Shown here in pieces: positions 1 through 9,828 of a stretch of DNA of 9,828 nt. Source of the DNA: a virus (lineage: Duplodnaviria; Heunggongvirae; Uroviricota; Caudoviricetes); the IMG/VR virus record IMGVR_UViG_2537562191_000038, positions 1-9,828 of that record; one strand, written 5' to 3'. The translations under genes and the position numbers were made by a program. The notes under the pieces are model-generated. The model saw only the letters and a list, made by a program, of their open reading frames with translations. It ran no database searches and had not been told where the DNA came from. Numbering within the stretch: the first letter of the stretch is position 1; every line of letters starts with the position of its first letter.

Positions 1-25
1 ATTCGTTAAATAATGGAGTGAGAGG

Positions 26-262
26 ATGCAGAACAATCCGAACAAATGTCGAACGCTATGGGTGCGGTTATATATTTATGCCGTCCTCTGTTTGATTGTG
101 TCACTGGTTCTGTATGTTTGGCTTTTGCCAAATATGATCTCATCTAACAGCACAATACTTGTATTGTTGGGAGTCCTTCTCGCGCTCATTTACCCGGCTT
201 TCGCAGTAGTCTTTTTTCGTGAAAAAACCAGGAAATTAATTAATGAAAAAAACGTTGATTAG
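26..262 (+). CDS. Small hydrophobic membrane protein (78 aa), probable partner of the downstream SPFH lipoprotein
   Basis: ORF with an upstream GGAG-type ribosome-binding site (taatGGAGtgagagg then ATG at 26). Two long hydrophobic segments suggest two transmembrane helices. The 3' end overlaps the next gene by 20 nt, suggesting co-translation. Confidence 0.5.
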   Translation: MQNNPNKCRTLWVRLYIYAVLCLIVSLVLYVWLLPNMISSNSTILVLLGVLLALIYPAFAVVFFREKTRKLINEKNVD

Positions 263-1070
263 TGCAGCGATTATTTTGGGTTCTTTATGTCTGACCGGAT
301 GCGATCGGGTAGAGCCAGGTAACGTAGGGATCAAAGTAAATAAGCTGGGGGATGATAAAGGTATCGGTGAAGTAGTTGGCGTTGGTCGCTACTGGACAGG
401 CTTGAATACTGAAGTTTATATCTTCCCGACCTTTAAGCAAATGAAGACATACGATGAGCCGTTCAGCTTCCAGATGAGCGACGGAACAACCATTGGTTAC
501 CACATCGGCGTAGCCTACAAGGTTGATCCAGCAAAAGTCACAACGGTATTTCAGACCTATCGCAAAGGTGTAGATGATATTACTGATACCGATCTACGCC
601 AGAAGGTTGCAGATGCTCTGAACCGATTAGCCAGCAAAATGACCACCGACAAATTTATCGACGGTGGCAAATCTGAATTGCTTGATGCAGCCCTTAAAGA
701 CATTCAGGAAGAAATGACGCCAATCGGCATTCAGGTGATGAGCCTCTCTTATGTAGGTAAGCCAGAATACCCGCCAACAGTTATTGACAGTATTAACGCC
801 AAAGTCACGGCAAACCAAAAAACCCTGCAACGCGAGCAAGAGGTCAAACAACGTGAAGCAGAGGCCAACATGCTGCGCGCGGAAGCTGCCGGACAGGCTG
901 ATGCTATTCGCACAAAAGCCCAGGCCGAAGCTGATGCCATTCGTTTACGTGGTGAAGCTCTGCGCCAGAACCCCGGTGTTATGGACTTGGAAGCGATCAA
1001 CAAATGGAACGGTACATTACCGCAGTATATGACCAGTAATACCGCTGTTCCGTTTGTTCCGGTGAAATAA
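243..1070 (+). CDS. SPFH/band-7 (stomatin/prohibitin-like) domain lipoprotein, 275 aa
   Basis: N-terminus MKKTLISAAIILGSLCLTGC is a signal peptide with a lipobox (LTGC). The central region has the SPFH-like pattern and the C-terminal part is Ala/Glu/Arg/Gln-rich and probably coiled-coil (QREQEVKQREAEANMLRAEAAGQADAIRTKAQAEADAIRLRGEA). AGGAA sits 8 nt upstream of the ATG. Family assignment is from recalled signatures, not a search. Confidence 0.7.
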   Translation: MKKTLISAAIILGSLCLTGCDRVEPGNVGIKVNKLGDDKGIGEVVGVGRYWTGLNTEVYIFPTFKQMKTYDEPFSFQMSDGTTIGYHIGVAYKVDPAKVTTVFQTYRKGVDDITDTDLRQKVADALNRLASKMTTDKFIDGGKSELLDAALKDIQEEMTPIGIQVMSLSYVGKPEYPPTVIDSINAKVTANQKTLQREQEVKQREAEANMLRAEAAGQADAIRTKAQAEADAIRLRGEALRQNPGVMDLEAINKWNGTLPQYMTSNTAVPFVPVK

Positions 1071-1097
1071 AAGCGTAAGCAAAATTGGCAGTAATCC

Positions 1098-1173
1098 GGC
1101 CCTTTAGCTCAGTGGTTAGAGCTGGCGACTCATAATCGCACGGTCACCGGTTCAAGTCCGGTAGGGGCCACCA
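1098..1173 (+). tRNA. tRNA with CAU anticodon, 76 nt with encoded CCA; most similar by memory to the enterobacterial tRNA-Ile2 (lysidine, ileX/ileY type) rather than elongator tRNA-Met
   Basis: Cloverleaf folded by hand: acceptor stem GGCCCTT/AGGGGCC (7 bp, one G-U), D-stem GCTC/GAGC, anticodon stem GGCGA/TCGCA with loop CTCATAA (anticodon CAT), T-stem ACCGG/CCGGT with loop TTCAAGT, discriminator A, CCA at 1171-1173. Ile2 versus Met identity is from recalled similarity to ileX and is not proven. Confidence 0.85.
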
Positions 1174-2714
1174 TATTTGGTTGTAACACGGCGTCTGGCA
1201 CATGCGTCGTTAGCGGTCTGGTGACGTTAAAGGGGTAACCTTTCCCCTAGCTCAGGCAACAAACCAGGTAGCCGGAATGTGCAAGCCCCGTTCATAGCGT
1301 CGGACTGCGGATTCACCATCCTGGCGATTCGGTGTGACAGCCGGGAAGAGTCCGGCGCATTAATCCTGATTTTCTGGTGATGACTCATATCGTTAGGAGT
1401 GATTTGAGTATGCCGATTATATCTGACATTCAGCACGCCTGGGTGGAGTGCTAATGTCTGCATCCCCTCTTGAATCCATGCCAAATTCCCTTAGTGCAGA
1501 ACAAGCTGTACTTGGTGGCTTAATGCTTGATAACTGCCGCTGGGATGAAGTTGCAGATCGTATAGTTGCTGATGATTTTTATACCAGTGCTCATCGTGAA
1601 ATTTTCAGTGAGATGGAGAGGTTATTAAGTCATGGCAAACCGATTGATTTGATAACACTTGCTGAAGCACTTGAACAGAACGGTAAATTAGAACGCGCCG
1701 GTGGTTTTGCGTACCTTGCGGAGATGTCAAAGAACACGCCCAGCGCGGCAAATATTTGTGCTTATGCGGATATCGTTCGTGAACGCGCGGTTGTTCGTGA
1801 AATGATTTCCGTCGCAAATGAAATAGCTGAAGCTGGATATGCGCAGGATGGCAGGGGCAGCAATGAATTGCTGGATATGGCCGAGCGCCGCGTTTTTGAA
1901 ATAGCTGAAAAACGACAAAAGAGCGGTAGTGGTCCAAAAGATATCGCCAGCATTCTCGATGCAACGGTATCTCGCATAGAAGAGTTGTTTCAGCGACCGC
2001 ATGATGGTGTAACGGGGCTTGATACCGGATTTACCGATCTCAATAAGAAGACGGCAGGACTTCAGGCGTCCGATCTCATTATTGTCGCCGCCCGCCCATC
2101 GATGGGGAAGACTACGTTTGCGATGAATCTCGTCGAAAATGCCGCAGTCCGTAACGATAAGCCCGTATTGGTTTTTAGCCTTGAGATGCCGAGCCACCAA
2201 CTGATGATGCGCTCACTGGCTTCTCTTGCACGCGTTGATCAGACTCGTATTCGAACAGGGCAACTTAACGACGAGGATTGGGCGCGGGTTTCTGGCGCAA
2301 TGGGGATTCTGTTGGACAAGCAGAATATTTTTATTGATGACTCAAGCGCCCTGACACCTACAGAGCTTCGTTCCCGCGCTCGTCGTGTTTATAAAGAAAA
2401 TGGTGGTTTGAGCATGATTATGATCGACTACCTGCAACTTATGCGCGTCCCCGAGCTGCAAGATAACCGAACGCTGGAAATTGCCGAGATTTCTCGCTCA
2501 CTGAAGGCTTTGGCGAAGGAATTACAAGTACCGGTGGTGGCATTGTCACAACTTAATCGATCGCTTGAACAGCGTGCGGACAAACGACCGGTAAATTCAG
2601 ATTTACGTGAATCAGGAGCAATTGAGCAGGACGCAGACCTGATCATGTTTCTGTATCGCGACGAAGTTTATCACCCGGATAGCGAAATGAAGGGCATTGC
2701 CGAGGTAATTATCG

Positions 2715-2717
2715 GAA
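2715..2717. repeat. 3-bp target-site duplication (GAA), left copy, flanking IS629 copy 1
   Basis: GAA lies directly outside both IS termini (2715-2717 and 4028-4030). Removing the IS and one GAA restores an uninterrupted DnaB reading frame. Confidence 0.75.
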
Positions 2718-2759
2718 TGAACCGCCCCGGGTTTCCTGGAGAGTGTTTTATCTGTGAAC

Positions 2760-3650
2760 TCAGGCTGCCAGATCATCGTTTCCGATGGAAGCATAATAAG
2801 CTTTTTCTGCTTCTGCCGGAGGAGTATGGCCCAGCCTTCCCAGCAATCGTCGATTGTTATACCAGTCCACCCACGTTAGTGTGGCCAGTTCCACTTCTGC
2901 ACGGTTTTTCCAGCTCTTACGGTGTATTACCTCCGCTTTGTAAAGACCATTGATGCTCTCAGCCATCGCGTTGTCATACGAGTCTCCTGTACTCCCTGTT
3001 GATGCCAGTAATCCGGCTTCTTTTAGTCGCTCCGTATAGGCCAGTGACACATACTGAGAGCCTTTATCGCTGTGATGGATGGTGCCAGACGGACGACGGG
3101 CCCACAACGCCTGCTCCAGCGCATCCAGCACGAATGTCGTTTCCATAGACGATGAGACCCGCCACCCCACGATGTATCCGGCAAACACATCAATGATAAA
3201 CGCCACATAGACGAAGCCCTGCCATGTGCTGACGTAAGTAAAATCAGCCACCCACAGCTGGTCAGGTCGTTCTGCCACGAACTGACGGTTTACGCGGTCG
3301 CCTGCGGCAACGGCTTTCCGGCTGATGGTCGTACGGACCTTTTTACCCCGGAGAACACCGGCAAGTCCCATAACCGCCATGAGACGTGCCACTGTACATC
3401 TGGCCACCCTGATTCCTTCCCGTAACAACTGACGCCAGACTTTACGCACACCGTACACCTGATGATTTTCATCGTATACGCGCTGTATCTCTCTCTTCAG
3501 CCAGTCGTCGTGCTGCGCACGGGCACTGCGTTTATCCGGATGATGTCGCTGTTGCTGACAATGGTAATACGTTGACGGGGCAATATGCAGTTCGCTGCAT
3601 ACCGGTCCGACCCCGTACTGCTCACGCAGCTTATCCAGCAGTGGCATCAT
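2760..3650 (-). CDS. IS629 OrfB (DDE integrase-core transposase), 296 aa from the MMPLLDKL start; the same frame is open upstream to an ATG at 3731 in this copy
   Basis: Translation contains a retroviral-integrase-like DDE core (WVADFTYV..., HHSDKGSQY..., ...[14 protein letters not shown]) and is identical to the partial OrfB of copy 2 over the shared portion. The 323-aa ORF in the track (2760-3731) includes a 27-codon upstream extension created by the two homopolymer differences. Confidence 0.85.
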   Translation of the reverse strand: MMPLLDKLREQYGVGPVCSELHIAPSTYYHCQQQRHHPDKRSARAQHDDWLKREIQRVYDENHQVYGVRKVWRQLLREGIRVARCTVARLMAVMGLAGVLRGKKVRTTISRKAVAAGDRVNRQFVAERPDQLWVADFTYVSTWQGFVYVAFIIDVFAGYIVGWRVSSSMETTFVLDALEQALWARRPSGTIHHSDKGSQYVSLAYTERLKEAGLLASTGSTGDSYDNAMAESINGLYKAEVIHRKSWKNRAEVELATLTWVDWYNNRRLLGRLGHTPPAEAEKAYYASIGNDDLAA

Positions 3651-3727
3651 TTTTCCAGAGGCGGTCGAACTCCGCCTTCGCAAAATAAGCGGAAGCCTGG
3701 CGAAGGATATCGTTACTGCGGCGCAGT

Positions 3728-3973
3728 TCACGATTTTTCACGTTCCAGCTCTTTCAGACGCTGACGTTCAGCGCTGGTGAGCCCACCATCACCGCCCCCG
3801 GTATCCCGCTCATGCTGGCGAACCCAGACACGCAGAGTCTCCGGCGTACAGCCAATCTTTGGGGCAATGGAACAAATTGCCGCCCACTGTGAGTCATATT
3901 CATCCTGACTTTCCAGAACCATACGAATCGCCCGCTGACGGACTTCGGGGGAAAAACGAGTATTTTTAGTCAT
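3728..3973 (-). CDS. IS629 OrfA (helix-turn-helix transposase subunit), shortened variant (81 aa instead of 108 aa in copy 2)
   Basis: Identical to copy-2 OrfA up to ...KELERE, then KS-stop. The plus-strand T-run at 3734-3738 has 5 T where copy 2 has 4 A (8995-8998), shifting the frame. Confidence 0.8.
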   Translation of the reverse strand: MTKNTRFSPEVRQRAIRMVLESQDEYDSQWAAICSIAPKIGCTPETLRVWVRQHERDTGGGDGGLTSAERQRLKELEREKS

Positions 3974-4000
3974 CCTGTTTACCTCTTTCTCAGGGAGTTT

Positions 4001-4027
4001 AGTCTCCAGGATTTCCGGGGCGGTTCA
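4001..4027. repeat. IS629 left terminal inverted repeat (copy 1)
   Basis: Reverse complement reads TGAACCGCCCCGGAAATCCTGGAGACT, matching the right end at 2718-2744 (TGAACCGCCCCGGGTTTCCTGGAGAGT) at about 22 of 27 positions. Confidence 0.8.
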
Positions 4028-4030
4028 GAA
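4028..4030. repeat. 3-bp target-site duplication (GAA), right copy, flanking IS629 copy 1
   Basis: See left copy at 2715-2717. Confidence 0.75.
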
Positions 4031-4130
4031 AGCAACGAAATGGCCCAATTGGCACGGTGAGATTGGCTTTTAACGGCCAATACTCACGGTTTGATAACTA
4101 TGCTGGTGCTGACTGGCAAGAGGATTATTA

Positions 4131-5129
4131 ATGCAATGGAATGAGGAAAAGCCGATGAACATCCTGATCATTGGGCGAAAATTTGAAGCTATCAGTGATG
4201 TGAAAACATATACGGAAATGTGGGCTTACAACCTGGCCTGCGCCTTTAGTGAGGCAGGGGTAACATTGCAATTCCATCGTCCATATTCCCCCGGCGTCGA
4301 AAGCCCGGAGGATTATGTTGAAGCTGTGTTGACCGCTGCGACCTCGTGTTCTGCGAAAGCCATTTTAGCGCCAGGATTGCGGTATTTTACTACGGTGCCC
4401 AGGGAAATAGGCGTGCAACTGCGTCGTCGATTCACTGGATGGGTAGCCCAGGTATACGACGGTTCTATGCTGGATTCGGCACCAGTCGATATTACTTTTA
4501 CTGTCCGCGATGATACCTGGCGGTACCTGGATAATCCCGGCAGGTTAGAGCGTCATAATCGCTTTAACAAACATGTTGGATGGGCAGCGAATCAGGATCT
4601 GTTCCATCTGGAAACCAAAACAGACGATGTTCTGCGTATTTTTGTAGACCACGCTGCATTTGATGTTAGTGGGTTTGATCACTCCTTAAGTATCCTTATG
4701 AACCTTCAGCGTCTGACCGTTCCGTATGAGGCCAGAACGTTGACCGATGACGGATTGATTACCATTGATCCGGGGAATATATCGGTAACCCCATACAGAC
4801 GGACGCCGGTACCAGCAACCGAATTTGCAGCTGAATTGCGTAAGAGTGACGTGTTTATCGTTACGCATCCCGAAAGCCTTGGATTAACTGTACTTGAGGC
4901 GGCAATGTGCGGGGCGTTGGTATTAACGCCTCCCGATTGTCTTCCGCCAGATCGCCTGGCTTTGGTGAACCATATGGTTATCAAGTCGCGGATTGATTGG
5001 GATGAGGTTATTGCTCGCGTTGATCGCGTGAAAAATGCTGAAAAGGTCCAGTGTCACACCTGGTCGGCAATTGCGGAAAAGATGCTTGAGACGTTTGTCA
5101 CGCAGAAACCGTCGCGCGGTAACGGATAA
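4131..5129 (+). CDS. Glycosyltransferase-like protein, GT-B fold with an EX7E motif (GT4-like), 332 aa, no confident substrate assignment
   Basis: C-terminal segment SDVFIVTHPESLGLTVLEAAMCGALVLTPP matches the retaining GT-B EX7E signature (E-SLGLTVL-E followed by A-x-G). The N-terminus MNILIIGRKF looks like the start of a Rossmann-type domain. ATG at 4131 overlaps the helicase stop (TAATG); an alternative start at ATG 4155 has a GAGGA site 7 nt upstream. No signal peptide or transmembrane segment is evident. Family call is from motif recognition only. Confidence 0.5.
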   Translation: MQWNEEKPMNILIIGRKFEAISDVKTYTEMWAYNLACAFSEAGVTLQFHRPYSPGVESPEDYVEAVLTAATSCSAKAILAPGLRYFTTVPREIGVQLRRRFTGWVAQVYDGSMLDSAPVDITFTVRDDTWRYLDNPGRLERHNRFNKHVGWAANQDLFHLETKTDDVLRIFVDHAAFDVSGFDHSLSILMNLQRLTVPYEARTLTDDGLITIDPGNISVTPYRRTPVPATEFAAELRKSDVFIVTHPESLGLTVLEAAMCGALVLTPPDCLPPDRLALVNHMVIKSRIDWDEVIARVDRVKNAEKVQCHTWSAIAEKMLETFVTQKPSRGNG

Positions 5130-5151
5130 AAAATTGAACCCGTCATAACAG

Positions 5152-5174
5152 AAAAGCCCGAACGCCGGGCTTTT
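5152..5174. terminator. Bidirectional rho-independent terminator between convergent genes
   Basis: AAAA-GCCCG-aacgc-CGGGC-TTTT: a 5-bp GC-rich stem with 5-nt loop, flanked by an A-run upstream and a T-run downstream. It lies between the stop of the plus-strand gene (5129) and the stop of the minus-strand gene (5176). Confidence 0.6.
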
Positions 5175-5175
5175 C

Positions 5176-8322
<3,147 letters not shown>

Positions 8323-8705
8323 TTATCCTTTCCGTTTACGGGCTTCGTTAATTTGTGTCTCAAGAATGCTTCGCGCCTGCGCAGTGGCAGCGGCCTTGTC
8401 CATTCCCTGACTCATGAAAAACTTTATGAGGTTGTTCGCCTGCGTTTGCAGGGCTTTTTTGAGAGCGTCGGCTTCAGCGCGAGCCTGGGCTTCCCTCACC
8501 CGCGATGCTTTTAGTTCGGCATTCTTCCTGTTTGCCGTGGTGCGAGCTTTTTTTAACAACCGGCGAACGTTGTCCGTGGCGCTATCTTTTGCGCGTAGTT
8601 TTTTGCCTAATGCATCCTGAGATTTCAGATACAGCTCATACTCACGCGCAGCTTTAGCCTGATCCGTCGTTGTTGTCCGGTTGCGCGCGAGCGATTTAGC
8701 CAGTT
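8323..8705 (-). pseudogene. 5'-truncated gene for a Lys/Ala/Arg-rich, probably coiled-coil protein (at least 126 C-terminal codons retained); N-terminal part separated or lost by the IS629 copy 2 insertion
   Basis: The reading frame is open on the minus strand from the IS boundary (8705) to the stop at 8323-8325, with no ATG in the first 48 codons (KLAKSLARNRTTTDQAKAAREYELYLKSQDALGKKLRAKDSATDNVRRLLKKARTTANRKNAELKASRVREAQARAEADALKKALQTQANNLIKFFMSQGMDKAAATAQARSILETQINEARKRKG). The 78-aa ORF in the track starts only at an internal TTG. Confidence 0.55.
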
Positions 8706-8759
8706 TGAACCGCCCCGGAAATCCTGGAGACTAAACTCCCTGAGAAAGAGGTAAACAGG

Positions 8760-9086
8760 ATGACTAAAAATACTCGTTTTTCCCCCGAAGTCCGTCAGCG
8801 GGCGATTCGTATGGTTCTGGAAAGTCAGGATGAATATGACTCACAGTGGGCGGCAATTTGTTCCATTGCCCCAAAGATTGGCTGTACGCCGGAGACTCTG
8901 CGTGTCTGGGTTCGCCAGCATGAGCGGGATACCGGGGGCGGTGATGGTGGGCTCACCAGCGCTGAACGTCAGCGTCTGAAAGAGCTGGAACGTGAAAATC
9001 GTGAACTGCGCCGCAGTAACGATATCCTTCGCCAGGCTTCCGCTTATTTTGCGAAGGCGGAGTTCGACCGCCTCTGGAAAAAATGA
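8760..9086 (+). CDS. IS629 OrfA, full length (108 aa)
   Basis: [22 protein letters not shown]...[34 protein letters not shown], with stop TGA at 9084-9086 inside the A6 run and ATGATG region typical of an IS3-family frameshift window. Confidence 0.9.
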   Translation: MTKNTRFSPEVRQRAIRMVLESQDEYDSQWAAICSIAPKIGCTPETLRVWVRQHERDTGGGDGGLTSAERQRLKELERENRELRRSNDILRQASAYFAKAEFDRLWKK

Positions 9087-9828
9087 TGCCACTGCTGGAT
9101 AAGCTGCGTGAGCAGTACGGGGTCGGACCGGTATGCAGCGAACTGCATATTGCCCCGTCAACGTATTACCATTGTCAGCAACAGCGACATCATCCGGATA
9201 AACGCAGTGCCCGTGCGCAGCACGACGACTGGCTGAAGAGAGAGATACAGCGCGTATACGATGAAAATCATCAGGTGTACGGTGTGCGTAAAGTCTGGCG
9301 TCAGTTGTTACGGGAAGGAATCAGGGTGGCCAGATGTACAGTGGCACGTCTCATGGCGGTTATGGGACTTGCCGGTGTTCTCCGGGGTAAAAAGGTCCGT
9401 ACGACCATCAGCCGGAAAGCCGTTGCCGCAGGCGACCGCGTAAACCGTCAGTTCGTGGCAGAACGACCTGACCAGCTGTGGGTGGCTGATTTTACTTACG
9501 TCAGCACATGGCAGGGCTTCGTCTATGTGGCGTTTATCATTGATGTGTTTGCCGGATACATCGTGGGGTGGCGGGTCTCATCGTCTATGGAAACGACATT
9601 CGTGCTGGATGCGCTGGAGCAGGCGTTGTGGGCCCGTCGTCCGTCTGGCACCATCCATCACAGCGATAAAGGCTCTCAGTATGTGTCACTGGCCTATACG
9701 GAGCGACTAAAAGAAGCCGGATTACTGGCATCAACAGGGAGTACAGGCGACTCGTATGACAACGCGATGGCTGAGAGCATCAATGGTCTTTACAAAGCGG
9801 AGGTAATACACCGTAAGAGCTGGAAAAA
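9083..9828 (+). CDS. IS629 OrfB transposase (DDE), 3'-partial at window end
   Basis: Starts ATGATG at 9083 in the -1 frame relative to OrfA. Translation [22 protein letters not shown]... is identical to copy-1 OrfB and is cut by the window edge within ...HRKSWKN. Confidence 0.85.
   Translation, partial: MMPLLDKLREQYGVGPVCSELHIAPSTYYHCQQQRHHPDKRSARAQHDDWLKREIQRVYDENHQVYGVRKVWRQLLREGIRVARCTVARLMAVMGLAGVLRGKKVRTTISRKAVAAGDRVNRQFVAERPDQLWVADFTYVSTWQGFVYVAFIIDVFAGYIVGWRVSSSMETTFVLDALEQALWARRPSGTIHHSDKGSQYVSLAYTERLKEAGLLASTGSTGDSYDNAMAESINGLYKAEVIHRKSWK

Larger units (their letters stand above)
2718..4027 (-). mobile_element. IS629-like insertion sequence (IS3 family; IS629/IS1203/IS3411 group), complete 1310-bp copy in minus orientation
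   Basis: Both ends are imperfect inverted repeats beginning TGAACCGCCCCGG (2718-2744 and reverse complement of 4001-4027). The element encodes OrfA ([22 protein letters not shown]...) and a DDE transposase OrfB ([13 protein letters not shown]...) in the two-ORF arrangement typical of IS3-family elements. The 1310-bp length matches my recollection of IS629. Confidence 0.9.
1454..4131 (+). pseudogene. dnaB: DnaB-family replicative DNA helicase paralog, insertionally disrupted by IS629 (5' part 1454-2717, 3' part 4031-4131)
   Basis: The translation aligns along its whole length with E. coli DnaB as I recall it, roughly 80% identical (e.g. AEQAVLGGLMLDN, DLIIVAARPSMGKTTFAMNLVENAA Walker A, SNRTLEIAEISRSLKALAKEL, RPVNSDLRESGAIEQDADLIMF). 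Homology stops at codon ...GIAEVIIG where the IS terminal repeat begins at 2718. Joining 2717 to 4031 restores the frame and gives KQRNGPIGTVRLAFNGQYSRFDNYAGADWQEDY-stop, matching the DnaB C-terminus. The last 78 residues of the 501-aa ORF in the track are read-through into the IS. ATG at 1454 is preceded by GGAG at 5 nt spacing; GTG at 1448 is an alternative start. Confidence 0.85.
8706..9828 (+). mobile_element. IS629-like insertion sequence, second copy, plus orientation, partial (runs off the window; full length would end near 10015)
   Basis: Left terminal repeat TGAACCGCCCCGGAAATCCTGGAGACT at 8706, identical to the left end of copy 1 (reverse complement of 4001-4027). Full-length OrfA (108 aa) is followed by OrfB in the -1 frame. 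Confidence 0.9.

Noticed and set aside
285-1032. Several ORFs (72-84 aa) on both strands inside the SPFH lipoprotein gene
   Set aside because: Fully embedded in a well-supported gene; the Ala/Arg/Ser-rich translations mirror the coiled-coil coding region on the opposite strand.
1174-1453. Sigma-70 promoter for the helicase gene
   Set aside because: Only weak -35/-10-like hexamers (for example TTAATC ... ACTCAT near 1360-1395) could be found by eye; too weak to annotate without a scoring matrix or transcript data.
1227-1484. 85-aa minus-strand ORF in the tRNA-helicase spacer
   Set aside because: No ribosome-binding site; overlaps the helicase start and the putative leader region; Arg/Pro/His-rich translation typical of a non-coding frame.
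1605-2200. Minus-strand ORFs of 119, 157 and 71 aa inside the helicase gene
   Set aside because: Antisense to a strongly conserved coding region, no ribosome-binding sites, composition typical of shadow ORFs.
1448-2953. 501-aa ORF that appears to be an intact, longer DnaB
   Set aside because: DnaB homology ends at about residue 423; the remaining 78 residues are translated from the IS629 terminal region (2718 onward). The true C-terminus is found in frame after the IS at 4031-4131.
3023-3472. 61-aa and 60-aa ORFs antisense within IS629 OrfB; the same ORFs recur in copy 2 at 9261-9443 and 9525-9710
   Set aside because: They lie inside the transposase gene on the opposite strand and recur only because the IS is duplicated; no independent coding evidence.
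4686-4984. 60-aa and 92-aa minus-strand ORFs inside the glycosyltransferase-like gene
   Set aside because: Antisense shadow ORFs with no start context.
8841-9161. 106-aa minus-strand ORF inside IS629 copy 2
   Set aside because: Antisense to OrfA/OrfB; shadow ORF.

Overview
This window looks like an accessory-genome junction in an Escherichia/Shigella-type enterobacterial chromosome. A conserved two-gene membrane module (small membrane protein plus SPFH/band-7 lipoprotein) is followed by a tRNA with a CAU anticodon (1098-1173). Downstream lies accessory DNA: (i) a DnaB-family helicase paralog split by a complete 1310-bp IS629-like IS3-family element (2718-4027, minus orientation, 3-bp GAA target duplication); (ii) a translationally coupled GT-B (EX7E) glycosyltransferase-like gene; (iii) a bidirectional terminator; (iv) a convergent, tightly packed five-gene minus-strand operon of uncharacterised proteins ending in a phage gpV/gp5-like spike protein, whose first gene is cut at its 5' end by (v) a second IS629 copy (8706 to window end, plus orientation). 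The two IS copies are inverted and not identical. All calls rest on reading the sequence and on recalled family signatures; no database search was run. The most interesting candidates are the five-gene operon and the helicase-coupled glycosyltransferase-like gene, neither of which I can assign to a described system.
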